A program made the position numbers and the translations under genes. From assembly GCA_043819135.1 (NCBI GenBank), contig JBDRFG010000064.1:1-22344 (forward strand): a stretch of DNA of 22,344 nt, in the 5' to 3' direction. The notes under the pieces are model-generated. The model was not told the origin of the DNA and did not search any database. It worked only from the letters and a program-made list of their open reading frames with translations. This DNA comes from Candidatus Eiseniibacteriota bacterium. GTDB taxonomy: Bacteria; Joyebacterota; Joyebacteria; Joyebacterales; Joyebacteraceae. This document shows positions 1 through 8,375 of this stretch, in pieces (the stretch's first letter is position 1; every line of letters begins with the position of its first letter).

Positions 1-825
1 GTTGAGCGTCTTCCGCGAGTTGTCGATGACGCCGCGCTTCATCAGGTCGACTATGCCGTCGCTCAGGAGTTCCGTGTGCACGCCCAGGTGCTTCTTCCCG
101 GACAGGGCGGCCAGGATGGCGTTGGGCAGGCTCCCGTATCCTACCTGTATGGTGTCCCCGTCCTGGACGATGCGCGCGACGTAGTTGCCGATGCGCTCCG
201 CTATCTCGCCCGGCACGGTCGCCTCGTAGGTCAGGAGCGGCTCGTCGTGGTGGATCATGAAATCGACGTCGTCGATGTGCACGAACGCATCGCCGTGGAT
301 ACGCGGCATCTGCGAGTTGACTTGCGCGATAACGGTGGTCGCTGCCTCCACGGCCGCCTTGGTGATGTCTACGCTCACCCCGAGGCTCATGAACCCGCTC
401 GCATCCGGGCGCGAGACCTGGATGAGGGCGACGTCAATAGGCACGAGCCTTCTGCGGAAGAGGGCGGGGACCTGCGACAGGAAGATGGGGGAGTAGTCGG
501 CGAGGCCCTCGTTCACGGCATCGCGCGTGCTGTCGCTGATGAAGAACGAGTTGTGGCGGAAGTTGCTCTTGAACTTCGCGTCGGTGTAGGGCGCTACACC
601 CAGCGTCCAGACGTGCAGCACCTCGGCATCGAAGAAAGCCTTCGGGTGCGACTCAACGAACTCAATGAGCGCGCGCACGAGGTACTGGGGCTCCCCGCAC
701 GCCGTGCTGATGAATATCCTGTCGCCCCGGTGGATGTGCGAGAAGACCTCGTTTTCCGGGAGAAACTTGCCGGGGTACTGCTCGCGGAGGCCAGCGAGGA
801 TCTCCTCGGTCAGTCGCTCGTCCAC
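1..825 (-). CDS. Acetyl-CoA hydrolase / 4-hydroxybutyrate CoA-transferase family protein (N-terminal part; runs off the window)
   Basis: Absent from the ORF track because it has no stop in the window. Manual minus-strand translation from GTG at 825 (GGAG 7 nt upstream) gives MDERLTEE...GDRIFISTACGEPQYL...PIDVALIQVSRPDASGFMSLGVSVDITKAA...IAQVN.QMPRIHGD...DGDTIQVGYGSLPNA...HLGVHTELLSDG...IDNSRKTLN, which are typical motifs of this family. Confidence 0.9.
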   Translation of the reverse strand, partial: MDERLTEEILAGLREQYPGKFLPENEVFSHIHRGDRIFISTACGEPQYLVRALIEFVESHPKAFFDAEVLHVWTLGVAPYTDAKFKSNFRHNSFFISDSTRDAVNEGLADYSPIFLSQVPALFRRRLVPIDVALIQVSRPDASGFMSLGVSVDITKAAVEAATTVIAQVNSQMPRIHGDAFVHIDDVDFMIHHDEPLLTYEATVPGEIAERIGNYVARIVQDGDTIQVGYGSLPNAILAALSGKKHLGVHTELLSDGIVDLMKRGVIDNSRKTLN

Positions 826-951
826 GTCTCTTCTCCGTGTTCTTCCTGCGGTTGGGACCTGGGTGGAGAGGAAGCCGTGCGGCAGTGCACGACAACTACC
901 AATAGTCGCTCTCGCGACGGCGTAAGTCAACGCAATTGGGAGCGCCCGAGG

Positions 952-980
952 TTGAGTTTCCTCGCCCGACTCGCTATGCT
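952..980 (+). promoter_or_regulatory. Sigma70-type promoter for the MATE-dacB-lytSR run
   Basis: TTGAGT (952-957), 17-nt spacer, TATGCT (975-980) in the divergent intergenic region. Confidence 0.6.
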
Positions 981-1090
981 GGGGCCTTCATGCACGCGAC
1001 GCCTGCGTGAGCCGCAGTCGTTCGATCGCTTACTAGGGGGCATCTTGTTGAACCACAGAAGAGACACCATGGATACGAGCGGACGGCGCC

Positions 1091-2437
1091 GTGGCCGATA
1101 AGCCCGCGGTCAGCATCACAGAGGGCAACGTTCTCAAGAACGTTCTCTACATGGGCATCCCCTCGATGATCGGTTTTGGGGCGATGACCATCTACGCCCT
1201 GACCGACATCTACTGGGTGGGGCGCCTGGGCACGGCTCACGTCGCCGCGCTGACGATGTTCGGGGCGATAGCGTGGATCCTGGGCTCGACCAACCAGATC
1301 GTCGGGACGGGGTCGGTGGCCCTGATCTCCCGCAGGTACGGCGAGGGCGAGTACGAAGCGACCCGGGACGTCATTCGCCAGACCCTGCTGCTCAAGTTCT
1401 CTCTCGCGGTCATAATGGCCGTCATCGGCCTCCTTGCTGTCCCGTTCATCATCCGGTTCATGTCGGACGACCCGGATGTGCGCCGACTCGCCGTGGAATA
1501 CGGGAGCGTCTTCTTCTACGGCCTGCCGTTCATGTTCTCTTCCTACACCGTCTACACGGCGCTCCGGGGCGTGGGAGACGCGCCGAAGGCAATGTACATC
1601 ATGCTGATGTCGACGGCGCTGAACGTCGGGCTCGACCCCTTGCTCATCTTCGGGTTCAACATGGGAGTGGCGGGAGCGGCGCTCGCGACGGTCATCTCGG
1701 CGACGTGCGCGGTCCTCGTGGGCCTTGTGGTTCTGGCATCGGGCAGGTCCAACATCACGGTGTCCCTCATGCACAGGTTCCACCCGCGCCTCTCCGTCAT
1801 GATGCAGATCCTGAAGATCGGGTTGCCCGCGGGCCTGAACGGGCTCCTGCGCAGCGTCGCGCATTGGTACGTCACCACGCTCGTCGCGACGTTCGGGACG
1901 CTCGTCGTGGCGGCCTACGGACTCAGTCTCCGGATCATGGAGTTGGGCATTCTGTTCGGGGTCGGACTGGAGCTGGGCGCGAGCGCCATCGTCGGGCAGA
2001 ACCTGGGTGCGAAGAAGAAGGACAGGGCGCACGAGGCCGTTGTCAAGGCCACGCTCCTCGTAATGGTTCTGACCGGAGTGCTCGCGGTGTTCGAGGTGAT
2101 ATTCGCGCGCCAGATACTCGGGCTCTTCACGTCTGACGCCGCGGTCATAACGACCGGCGTCACGCTCGTACGGCTTCTGGTGATCGCCCAGGTGATGATA
2201 GCGATGCACATAGTCATGTCGTCGGCCTTCTACGGCTCGGGCAACACGTGGCCGCCGACGGTCATAGCCGGTATCATCGAGTGGGGCGTTCAGATCCCGC
2301 TGATCCTCTTTGCCATCCACGTTCTCCACACCACCGAGACCGGAGTGTGGTGGTCGATGTTCATAGCGGCTTCAATAGAGGTGCTCCTGACGTTTATCTG
2401 GTTCCAGCGCGGCCACTGGAAGCACCAGGAAGTGTGA
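1091..2437 (+). CDS. MATE family efflux transporter (MOP superfamily)
   Basis: 448 aa with about 12 hydrophobic segments; motifs ITEGNVLK, DIYWVGRLG...VAAL, LRGVGD.PKAM, LNVGLDPLLI.GFNMGVAGAALAT, VGQNLGAK. Confidence 0.93.
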   Translation: MADKPAVSITEGNVLKNVLYMGIPSMIGFGAMTIYALTDIYWVGRLGTAHVAALTMFGAIAWILGSTNQIVGTGSVALISRRYGEGEYEATRDVIRQTLLLKFSLAVIMAVIGLLAVPFIIRFMSDDPDVRRLAVEYGSVFFYGLPFMFSSYTVYTALRGVGDAPKAMYIMLMSTALNVGLDPLLIFGFNMGVAGAALATVISATCAVLVGLVVLASGRSNITVSLMHRFHPRLSVMMQILKIGLPAGLNGLLRSVAHWYVTTLVATFGTLVVAAYGLSLRIMELGILFGVGLELGASAIVGQNLGAKKKDRAHEAVVKATLLVMVLTGVLAVFEVIFARQILGLFTSDAAVITTGVTLVRLLVIAQVMIAMHIVMSSAFYGSGNTWPPTVIAGIIEWGVQIPLILFAIHVLHTTETGVWWSMFIAASIEVLLTFIWFQRGHWKHQEV

Positions 2438-2477
2438 CGGTCGCGCGCCGTCAGAGCCCACCGTCCGGAGGAAGACG

Positions 2478-3449
2478 TTGCTTCTCGGAATCGATGTCCC
2501 GAGCGCAGGTGAGTTCGACGTCGTGGGCTTCGGCCTGAACGCGGTCGACCACCTGTGCTTCGTTCCTCGCTTCCCGGCACCGGGTTCGAAGCCGAGGGTC
2601 TCCCGGTTCCTCCGCACACCGGGCGGGCAGGCGGCTAGCGCGATGGTCCTCTGCTCGAAACTGGGCCACAGGGCGAAGTACGTCGGCAAGGTGGGTGCGG
2701 ACGAGACGGGCGACTTCTCTCTTGCGAGCATCAAGTCCGAGGGCGTGGATGTCAGCGACGTCGTGACGGTGCCCGGAGTGACGAACCAGCTCGCCATGAT
2801 CGTCGTGGACGAGCGCGACGGCGAGCGGACCATCCTCTGGCACCGGCCCGCCGAACTTGAGACGCGCCCGGACGAGCTCACGGCCGAGAAGGTGGCCGTC
2901 GGGCGAATCCTCCTGATCGACGGGCACGACACCGCAGGCGCGGCGCGGGCGGCCGACATCGCCCACGAGCACGGCGTCCTCGTGGTGCTCGACGCCGAGT
3001 CCGTGAAGGAGGGAACCGCGGACGTGGTGGCCAGGACCGACGTGCTGCTGGCGTCGCGGGAGTTCCCGAGGCGCTTCACGGGCGATGCCAACCTGGACCG
3101 GTCGTTCGACGCCCTTCGCGAGGCCGGGCCACGGGTGATAGGAATGACGCTGGGCTCCCTGGGCTCGCTCGTTATGGGGGTCGACGGGTCCGTCGTTTCG
3201 TGCCCCGGCTACGACGTCGACGTCGTCGACACCACGGGCGCCGGAGACGTGTTCCACGGCGCGTTCCTGCACGGGCTTCTGTCCGGGTGGAGCGCCGAGC
3301 GGACCCTGAGCTTCTCGAACGCCGCCGCAGCACTGTGCTGCACGGCCCCGGGCGCGCGCGGAGGCGTCCAAGGCCTCGAGCAGATTCTTGAACTGATGGA
3401 GCGCGGGCCCCGCAGGCTGCGCGACGCGGACCATGCTCCTGGTGTATAA
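2478..3449 (+). CDS. PfkB/ribokinase family carbohydrate kinase
   Basis: TTG start with GGAGG RBS; GLNAVD, GGQAASA, GKVGAD.TG and the signature VVDTTGAGDVFHGAF. Confidence 0.92.
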   Translation: MLLGIDVPSAGEFDVVGFGLNAVDHLCFVPRFPAPGSKPRVSRFLRTPGGQAASAMVLCSKLGHRAKYVGKVGADETGDFSLASIKSEGVDVSDVVTVPGVTNQLAMIVVDERDGERTILWHRPAELETRPDELTAEKVAVGRILLIDGHDTAGAARAADIAHEHGVLVVLDAESVKEGTADVVARTDVLLASREFPRRFTGDANLDRSFDALREAGPRVIGMTLGSLGSLVMGVDGSVVSCPGYDVDVVDTTGAGDVFHGAFLHGLLSGWSAERTLSFSNAAAALCCTAPGARGGVQGLEQILELMERGPRRLRDADHAPGV

Positions 3450-3501
3450 TGCCGGCGGACCGCGCACGCGCGGAACAGACGAACATCCAGGAGGACCTCA
3501 C

Positions 3502-4173
3502 TTGCCCAGCATCGACCTCGTAGTCCTTGATCTCGACGGCACCCTCTACTCATCGAGCGCCACGACCCTCGGAGCCGTCGAACTCGCCGTCCGCGACCTG
3601 AACGCCCGCCACGGCGACGTGATCGCGCCGCCCAGCGATGACCTGGTCCTGTCGGGCGTGGGTTCCACGCGGGAGGAGTTCGCGCGGAAGGTCTTCCCGG
3701 GGTTGGCCGAGGAGTATATCGGTGAGATCGACGACCTCATCTGGCACTGGGAGCGGGTGCTCGTCGACGACGGCATGGGCGCGTTGTTCCCGGGCGCCGT
3801 CAAGGCGCTCGAGGAGATGCGCGGCATGGGGCTTCAGCTCGGTGTCGCTACCAACGCAGGCGTCGGCTACATGAATCACATCCTCAACTATTTCGACATC
3901 CGCCGCTTCTTCGACGACACTCGCTGTGCGGGTGAGGAGCGCACGTCTCACAAGGGCGAGCTCATTGACCTGATACTGAACCGCCTGTCGGTCGACCCCG
4001 GGCGGACCGTCATGGTGGGTGACAGACAAACGGACATACGAGGCGCCCGCGCTTCCGGCGCGCTGGCCGTTGGCTGCACGTGGGGGTTCGCGTCCAGGGA
4101 CGAGCTGAAGGACGCCGACAGGCTCGTCGACAACTTCGCCGAGCTCACCGACCTCTTGAAGTCGTGGCCCTGA
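3502..4173 (+). CDS. HAD-superfamily hydrolase (Gph/MupP-like phosphatase)
   Basis: Motif I DLDGTL, motif II VATN, motif III K, motif IV MVGDRQTD, and TWGF. TTG at 3502 follows GGAGG and is preferred over the ORF-track start at 3433. Confidence 0.88.
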   Translation: MPSIDLVVLDLDGTLYSSSATTLGAVELAVRDLNARHGDVIAPPSDDLVLSGVGSTREEFARKVFPGLAEEYIGEIDDLIWHWERVLVDDGMGALFPGAVKALEEMRGMGLQLGVATNAGVGYMNHILNYFDIRRFFDDTRCAGEERTSHKGELIDLILNRLSVDPGRTVMVGDRQTDIRGARASGALAVGCTWGFASRDELKDADRLVDNFAELTDLLKSWP

Positions 4174-4211
4174 CAGTCTGGCTTCATTCCGTACCCCGTG
4201 TCGGAGGTTCC

Positions 4212-4772
4212 ATGCACTGGCTGCACGACGTCTCCGCGGTTCTCCCTGTCTCCCGCGATCCCCAGCTGAGGGACGCCGCCGCGATCGACACGATAGTCCT
4301 TCACTGCACGGCGATGGCTGGATGGAACGTGTGGGAGACGGCAAGGTATCACACCGGCCCCAACCACATCTGTGAGGAGGGGTGTCCGACCATCGCCTAC
4401 GCCTACTTCGTCGAGCCCGACGGGCTCCTCTACGGGTGCATCGGGAAGGACGTCCGGGGCTGGCACGTCGGGCCCTGGAACGACAGAGCGATAGGGGTCT
4501 GCATGGCGTACGAGGCCCGGGGAGAGCCGCCCCCCAGGGTTCAGCTGGAGACGGCGGCCCGGATGTGCGCCGCACTGGCCATCGAGCTTGAGCTTCCTCC
4601 CGAACGCGTGTTCGGACACCGGGAGCTCGAGGGGACGGGCTACGTCGTCGAGGACGGCGAGGAGGTCCGGTGCAAGGAGTGTCCGGGTCTGGCCATCGAC
4701 ATGGACGGGTTCCGAAGATTGGTCGCGTCGGCGATGGAGCGTCCCGAAGGACCGGAGGTGAGGGAAGCGTGA
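4212..4772 (+). CDS. N-acetylmuramoyl-L-alanine amidase, Amidase_2 (T7 lysozyme/PGRP/AmpD-like), no signal peptide
   Basis: ATG 4212 after GGAGG; Zn-ligand motifs IVLHCTA, GHRE and KECPG, plus AYAYFV and GWHVG.WNDRAIGVC. Confidence 0.88.
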   Translation: MHWLHDVSAVLPVSRDPQLRDAAAIDTIVLHCTAMAGWNVWETARYHTGPNHICEEGCPTIAYAYFVEPDGLLYGCIGKDVRGWHVGPWNDRAIGVCMAYEARGEPPPRVQLETAARMCAALAIELELPPERVFGHRELEGTGYVVEDGEEVRCKECPGLAIDMDGFRRLVASAMERPEGPEVREA

Positions 4773-6235
4773 ATCCCATTGTCCGCCGGTTGAGATGCAC
4801 TTCAACGGTCGTGGGCCTGCTGGTCGTCGTGATGTTGCAGGCCGTCGCAGCGCCTTCCGCAGCGGCGGAGGCAGCCGACCACGAGGCCCTCGGCTGGGTC
4901 GTGGATTCGGGTCTCAGACAGCCGCACCTCAGGGGCGCTACCGCCGCCATCCTTGTCGAATACGTCGCCACCGGGGAGGTGGTCTACGAGCACGATGCCG
5001 ACCGGCCTCTGATACCCGCGTCCAACATGAAGGTCATCACCGCCGCGGCCGCGTTGTCCGTGCTCGGCCCCGACTATCGATTCGAGACCGTCGTCTCGAC
5101 GGACGCTCCCGAGCTCGGTTCCACACTTTCCGGCGACCTCTACGTCCGCGGCATGGGAGACCCGTCGCTCGTCTCCGAGGAACTCTGGAAGCTCGCGGAG
5201 TCGATCCGCACGCTCGGGATAGAACGCATCGAGGGCGACCTCGTGCTGGATGCGACGTACTTCGATTCCGCCAGCACGACCTCGCGCGTGGTCGCCGATG
5301 GGGACCGCGCCTATCACGCCCGGACGGGCGCTCTCTCACTGAACTTCAACTCCATCGCCGTGCATACGACACCGTCCGAGCGCGCCGGTTCCCCCGCCGC
5401 CGTGGCGCTCTCGCCGCGGACGTCGTTCGTGGAACTCGTGGGAGGGGTGTCGACCGGGAGGTCGCGGAGCAGCTCGAACCTGAGCGTGCAACGGACGTTC
5501 ACGGGCGGGAAGAACGTGCTCACCGTGAGCGGCAGCGTTCCGGCGGGATCGGGAACGCGCGTTCACTACCGCAGCCTGGACGACGGCCTGTGGTATTTCG
5601 GCACCGTTCTGCGGGAGTTTCTCGAATCGGCGGGCGTGGAGATCGGCGGGACGGTGGAGTCGGGCGTGGCGCCGGACAACGCGCGGACGCTCGTGGTGCA
5701 CGAGTCCAAGTCGTTGTCGCTCATCGTGCGCGACCTCAACAAGTTCAGCAACAACTTCGTGGCGGAGCAGCTTCTCAAGGCGATGGCGGCGCACGTCGAC
5801 GGCGCTCCCGGGACCACCGCCGGCGGGGTCGGGGTACTGAGCGACCATCTTCGCGCGGCCGGGGCCGACAGCGGGTCGTTCCACATAGAGGACGGGTCCG
5901 GGTTCTCGCGCAACAATCGTCTGACGCCACGCGCGATAGTCGCCGTCATTCGCCGGGCGATGTCCGAGTTCACGACCTCGTACGAGTTCGCGGCGTCACT
6001 GAGCGTCAGTGGGAGCGACGGCACGCTCGGCGATCGGATGGGATATCCCGAACTCCGAAACGTCGTGCGGGCGAAGACGGGACTCCTCGACGGCGTCACC
6101 GCGATATCGGGCATCATGGAGAACGGGTCGGGCGAGGAGGTCCTGTTCTCCATAATAGTCAACGGCTTCGAATGCGAGGCCTGGCGGGTTCACGACTTCG
6201 AGCACAGCGTTCTGGCGGTCATTCGCCGGAGCTGA
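4769..6235 (+). CDS. dacB: D-alanyl-D-alanine carboxypeptidase/endopeptidase (PBP4, peptidase S13)
   Basis: Signal peptide; SxxK (PASNMK), GMGDPSL, SxN (KFSNNF), DGSGFSR.N, KTG (AKTGLL). GTG start overlaps the amidase stop (GTGA). Confidence 0.95.
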   Translation: MNPIVRRLRCTSTVVGLLVVVMLQAVAAPSAAAEAADHEALGWVVDSGLRQPHLRGATAAILVEYVATGEVVYEHDADRPLIPASNMKVITAAAALSVLGPDYRFETVVSTDAPELGSTLSGDLYVRGMGDPSLVSEELWKLAESIRTLGIERIEGDLVLDATYFDSASTTSRVVADGDRAYHARTGALSLNFNSIAVHTTPSERAGSPAAVALSPRTSFVELVGGVSTGRSRSSSNLSVQRTFTGGKNVLTVSGSVPAGSGTRVHYRSLDDGLWYFGTVLREFLESAGVEIGGTVESGVAPDNARTLVVHESKSLSLIVRDLNKFSNNFVAEQLLKAMAAHVDGAPGTTAGGVGVLSDHLRAAGADSGSFHIEDGSGFSRNNRLTPRAIVAVIRRAMSEFTTSYEFAASLSVSGSDGTLGDRMGYPELRNVVRAKTGLLDGVTAISGIMENGSGEEVLFSIIVNGFECEAWRVHDFEHSVLAVIRRS

Positions 6236-6296
6236 TGACGGCACCGCCGTCCCGGGTTCGGTCGTGCGAGGGCGCTCAAAGGCGCCGGGGAGAGCA

Positions 6297-7439
6297 GTGG
6301 TGGGCGTTGTGCGGGCAGGGAACGTCGCGGGGCAATTCTGGACCAAGGCGCGCGGACTCGTCCTCTGGTTTCTGGCGAACTCTCTGGCCGGCGGACTTGT
6401 CGGCGCGGCCATTGCGCTCTTCTCGCAAGAAGACGGAGCGATGGCCCGATTCGTCCCGACCGGCATCCTCTTCGCCAACGCGATCGGGTTCGCGGCCGGC
6501 TTTTCCGCACGCTTCGTCCTGCCTCGCTACAGTGAGCTTCCGACCTTCATTCGTCTTCCTCTCGCCATCGTCACGCTGCTGGCCGGCGGCGCGTTCGGGT
6601 CGGCGCTCGTCATCTTCTGGAATCCGCTCGCCGTCCTGTACCAGGGGCGGCTTCTCCTTCTGCTCGTCGTGGTCTACAGCATCATCGCGGTCATCGTCGG
6701 CCTCATCATCTACAACTACGAACGACTGAGAGATCAGATAGAGGAAAGCTACGCGGCCATCGCCCGCAACAGGGTCAGGGAGGAGCGGCTCCGCGAGCTG
6801 GCGGCAAGGTCCGAACTCAAGGCGCTGAAGGCCCAGATCAACCCGCACTTTCTCTTCAACGCGCTGAACTCGATCTCTGCGCTCATCTCGACCGACCCGG
6901 ACGCCGCGCAGAAGACCCTCGAGCGACTGGCGGGGATCTTCCGCGGCACGCTGCTCGCCTCCGAGAAGGGCAGCGTGCCCTTCCGGAAGGAAATGGAGCT
7001 GGTCGACGCCTATCTGGACGTGGAGCGCGCGCGTTTCGGCACGCGTCTCAACGTCGAGGAGTCGATCGATCCCGGCGCCCGCGACGTGCCGGTCCCACCC
7101 CTGATTCTCCAGCCGCTCGTGGAGAACGCGGTGCGGCACGGGATCTCCCCTTCGGTGGAAGGAGGGACTGTCCGGATAGAGGTGAAGATCGTGGACGACT
7201 CGTTGCGGATAGTCGTTCATGACGACGGGGAGGGGACCGGTCTTATCGACCTGGAAGAGATGCTGGCGGAGGGCTACGGGCTGAGGAACGTGCGAGACCG
7301 GCTCTTCACACGGTACGGTCCGGGCGAGTGGTTCAAGTTCGAGAGCTCGCGGGAGACCGGGACGAGGGTCGAACTCGTTCTGCCGCTCTCGGGCGGGATG
7401 GGACCGGAAGGTCGGAACGGAGGGCCGAGCGAAGCATGA
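6297..7439 (+). CDS. LytS/YehU-type sensor histidine kinase with ~4-TM input domain
   Basis: ELKALKAQINPHFLFNALN (His_kinase H-box), LQPLVENAVRHG (N-box), DDGEG, GYGL.N, GT. Start GTG 6297 after GGGGAGAG is inferred. Confidence 0.93.
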   Translation: MVGVVRAGNVAGQFWTKARGLVLWFLANSLAGGLVGAAIALFSQEDGAMARFVPTGILFANAIGFAAGFSARFVLPRYSELPTFIRLPLAIVTLLAGGAFGSALVIFWNPLAVLYQGRLLLLLVVVYSIIAVIVGLIIYNYERLRDQIEESYAAIARNRVREERLRELAARSELKALKAQINPHFLFNALNSISALISTDPDAAQKTLERLAGIFRGTLLASEKGSVPFRKEMELVDAYLDVERARFGTRLNVEESIDPGARDVPVPPLILQPLVENAVRHGISPSVEGGTVRIEVKIVDDSLRIVVHDDGEGTGLIDLEEMLAEGYGLRNVRDRLFTRYGPGEWFKFESSRETGTRVELVLPLSGGMGPEGRNGGPSEA

Positions 7440-8191
7440 CGAAGTCGATGAGAGTGCTCGTGGTTGATGATGAGGAACTGGCCAGAGTGCGGATCAAGGA
7501 ACTCCTGGCCGACATTCCCGACATCGAAGTCGCGGGCGAGGCCGAGAACGGTCTCCGGGCCGTCGAGATGACGCGCGAACTCGACCCCGACGTCGTCATC
7601 CTCGACATCCAGATGCCGGGTATGGACGGTTTCGAGGTCGTGGACGCGCTGGCGAACGTTCCCCTCGTCATCTTCGCCACGGCCTTCGACGAGTACGCCA
7701 TCAAGGCCTTCGAGGTCAACTCGGTCGACTACCTGTTGAAGCCCATCTCCAGGGAACGGTTGGGCGAAGCGATGGAGCGGGCGCGGTCACTGCTGGACGA
7801 CGCCCCCGAACTCGATGACCGAATGGCCAGGCTCGCCGGGCTCATAAGGTCACGCGGGGTCCGGCGGCTTCCCGTTATGAAGGGGAAGAAGATCGTACTC
7901 GTCAACATGGACGACGTAATGTGGATCGGCGTCGAGGACGAGCTGGTCTTCGTGCACACGCGAGCCGAGAAGTACATGACGAACGCGACGATGACGGAAC
8001 TCGAGGGTCGCCTGAACACCGAGGTCTTCTTCCGAAGCCACCGCTCGTACATCGTCAATCTGAACCACGTCAAGGAGATCGTCCCGTGGTTCGGAGGCAA
8101 GTACAAGATCGTCGTCGACGATGATCCGAAGAGCGAGCTCGTGCTGTCGAGGGCGCGAGCGAAGGGACTTCGCGAGATCCTGCCCTGGTAG
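7436..8191 (+). CDS. LytTR family response regulator
   Basis: REC domain (VVDDE, LDIQMP, FATAF, YLLKP) and LytTR domain (FFRSHRSYIVNL, LSRAR). ATGA overlap with the kinase stop. Confidence 0.95.
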   Translation: MTKSMRVLVVDDEELARVRIKELLADIPDIEVAGEAENGLRAVEMTRELDPDVVILDIQMPGMDGFEVVDALANVPLVIFATAFDEYAIKAFEVNSVDYLLKPISRERLGEAMERARSLLDDAPELDDRMARLAGLIRSRGVRRLPVMKGKKIVLVNMDDVMWIGVEDELVFVHTRAEKYMTNATMTELEGRLNTEVFFRSHRSYIVNLNHVKEIVPWFGGKYKIVVDDDPKSELVLSRARAKGLREILPW

Positions 8192-8240
8192 GGGAGGCGT
8201 CCTCCGCCCGCGTGACAAACCGGCCCGATAGGCCCCTGTA

Positions 8241-8291
8241 TCTCACCCCCGCTCAGACGCAATTCACCCGTCTGATTCTACGCTTCACGGG
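8241..8291 (+). promoter_or_regulatory. Three 21-bp-periodic imperfect direct repeats, candidate LytTR binding boxes
   Basis: TCTCACCCC (8241), ATTCACCCG (8262), CTTCACGGG (8283); TCAC cores at 8243, 8264 and 8285, exactly 21 bp apart and just upstream of the predicted -35. Confidence 0.65.
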
Positions 8292-8298
8292 CCTCACA

Positions 8299-8328
8299 TT
8301 GAGGTATGGGCCGAATAACGCATACACT
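8299..8328 (+). promoter_or_regulatory. Sigma70-type promoter for the bactofilin-like gene and PP2C gene
   Basis: TTGAGG (8299-8304), 18-nt spacer, TACACT (8323-8328). Confidence 0.5.
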
Positions 8329-8375
8329 GTCAGTGTAGACACAGACGGATGGGCCACACACGCAAGGAGAGCATG

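Noticed and set aside
902..930. Minus-strand TTGACT as -35 for the CoA-transferase
   Set aside because: Good -35 but the -10 at 17 nt (GACTAT) is poor; not enough support to call.
76..1101. 341-aa + strand ORF
   Set aside because: Antisense shadow of the minus-strand CoA-transferase gene; no motifs.
3445..3450. Perfect TATAAT at the end of the PfkB gene (possible internal promoter for the HAD gene)
   Set aside because: Overlaps the TAA stop, with no matching -35 or properly placed extended -10 TG.
4795..6729. 644-aa Arg-rich alternative-frame ORF, and similar long overlapping ORFs (974-2329, 3550-4971, 14613-15956, 19562-20695)
   Set aside because: Typical stop-poor off-frames of high-GC coding DNA; each overlaps a gene with clear family motifs.
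8193..8205. GGAGG-cgt-CCTCC hairpin after the LytTR gene
   Set aside because: Stem too short and no U-tract; cannot be called a terminator.
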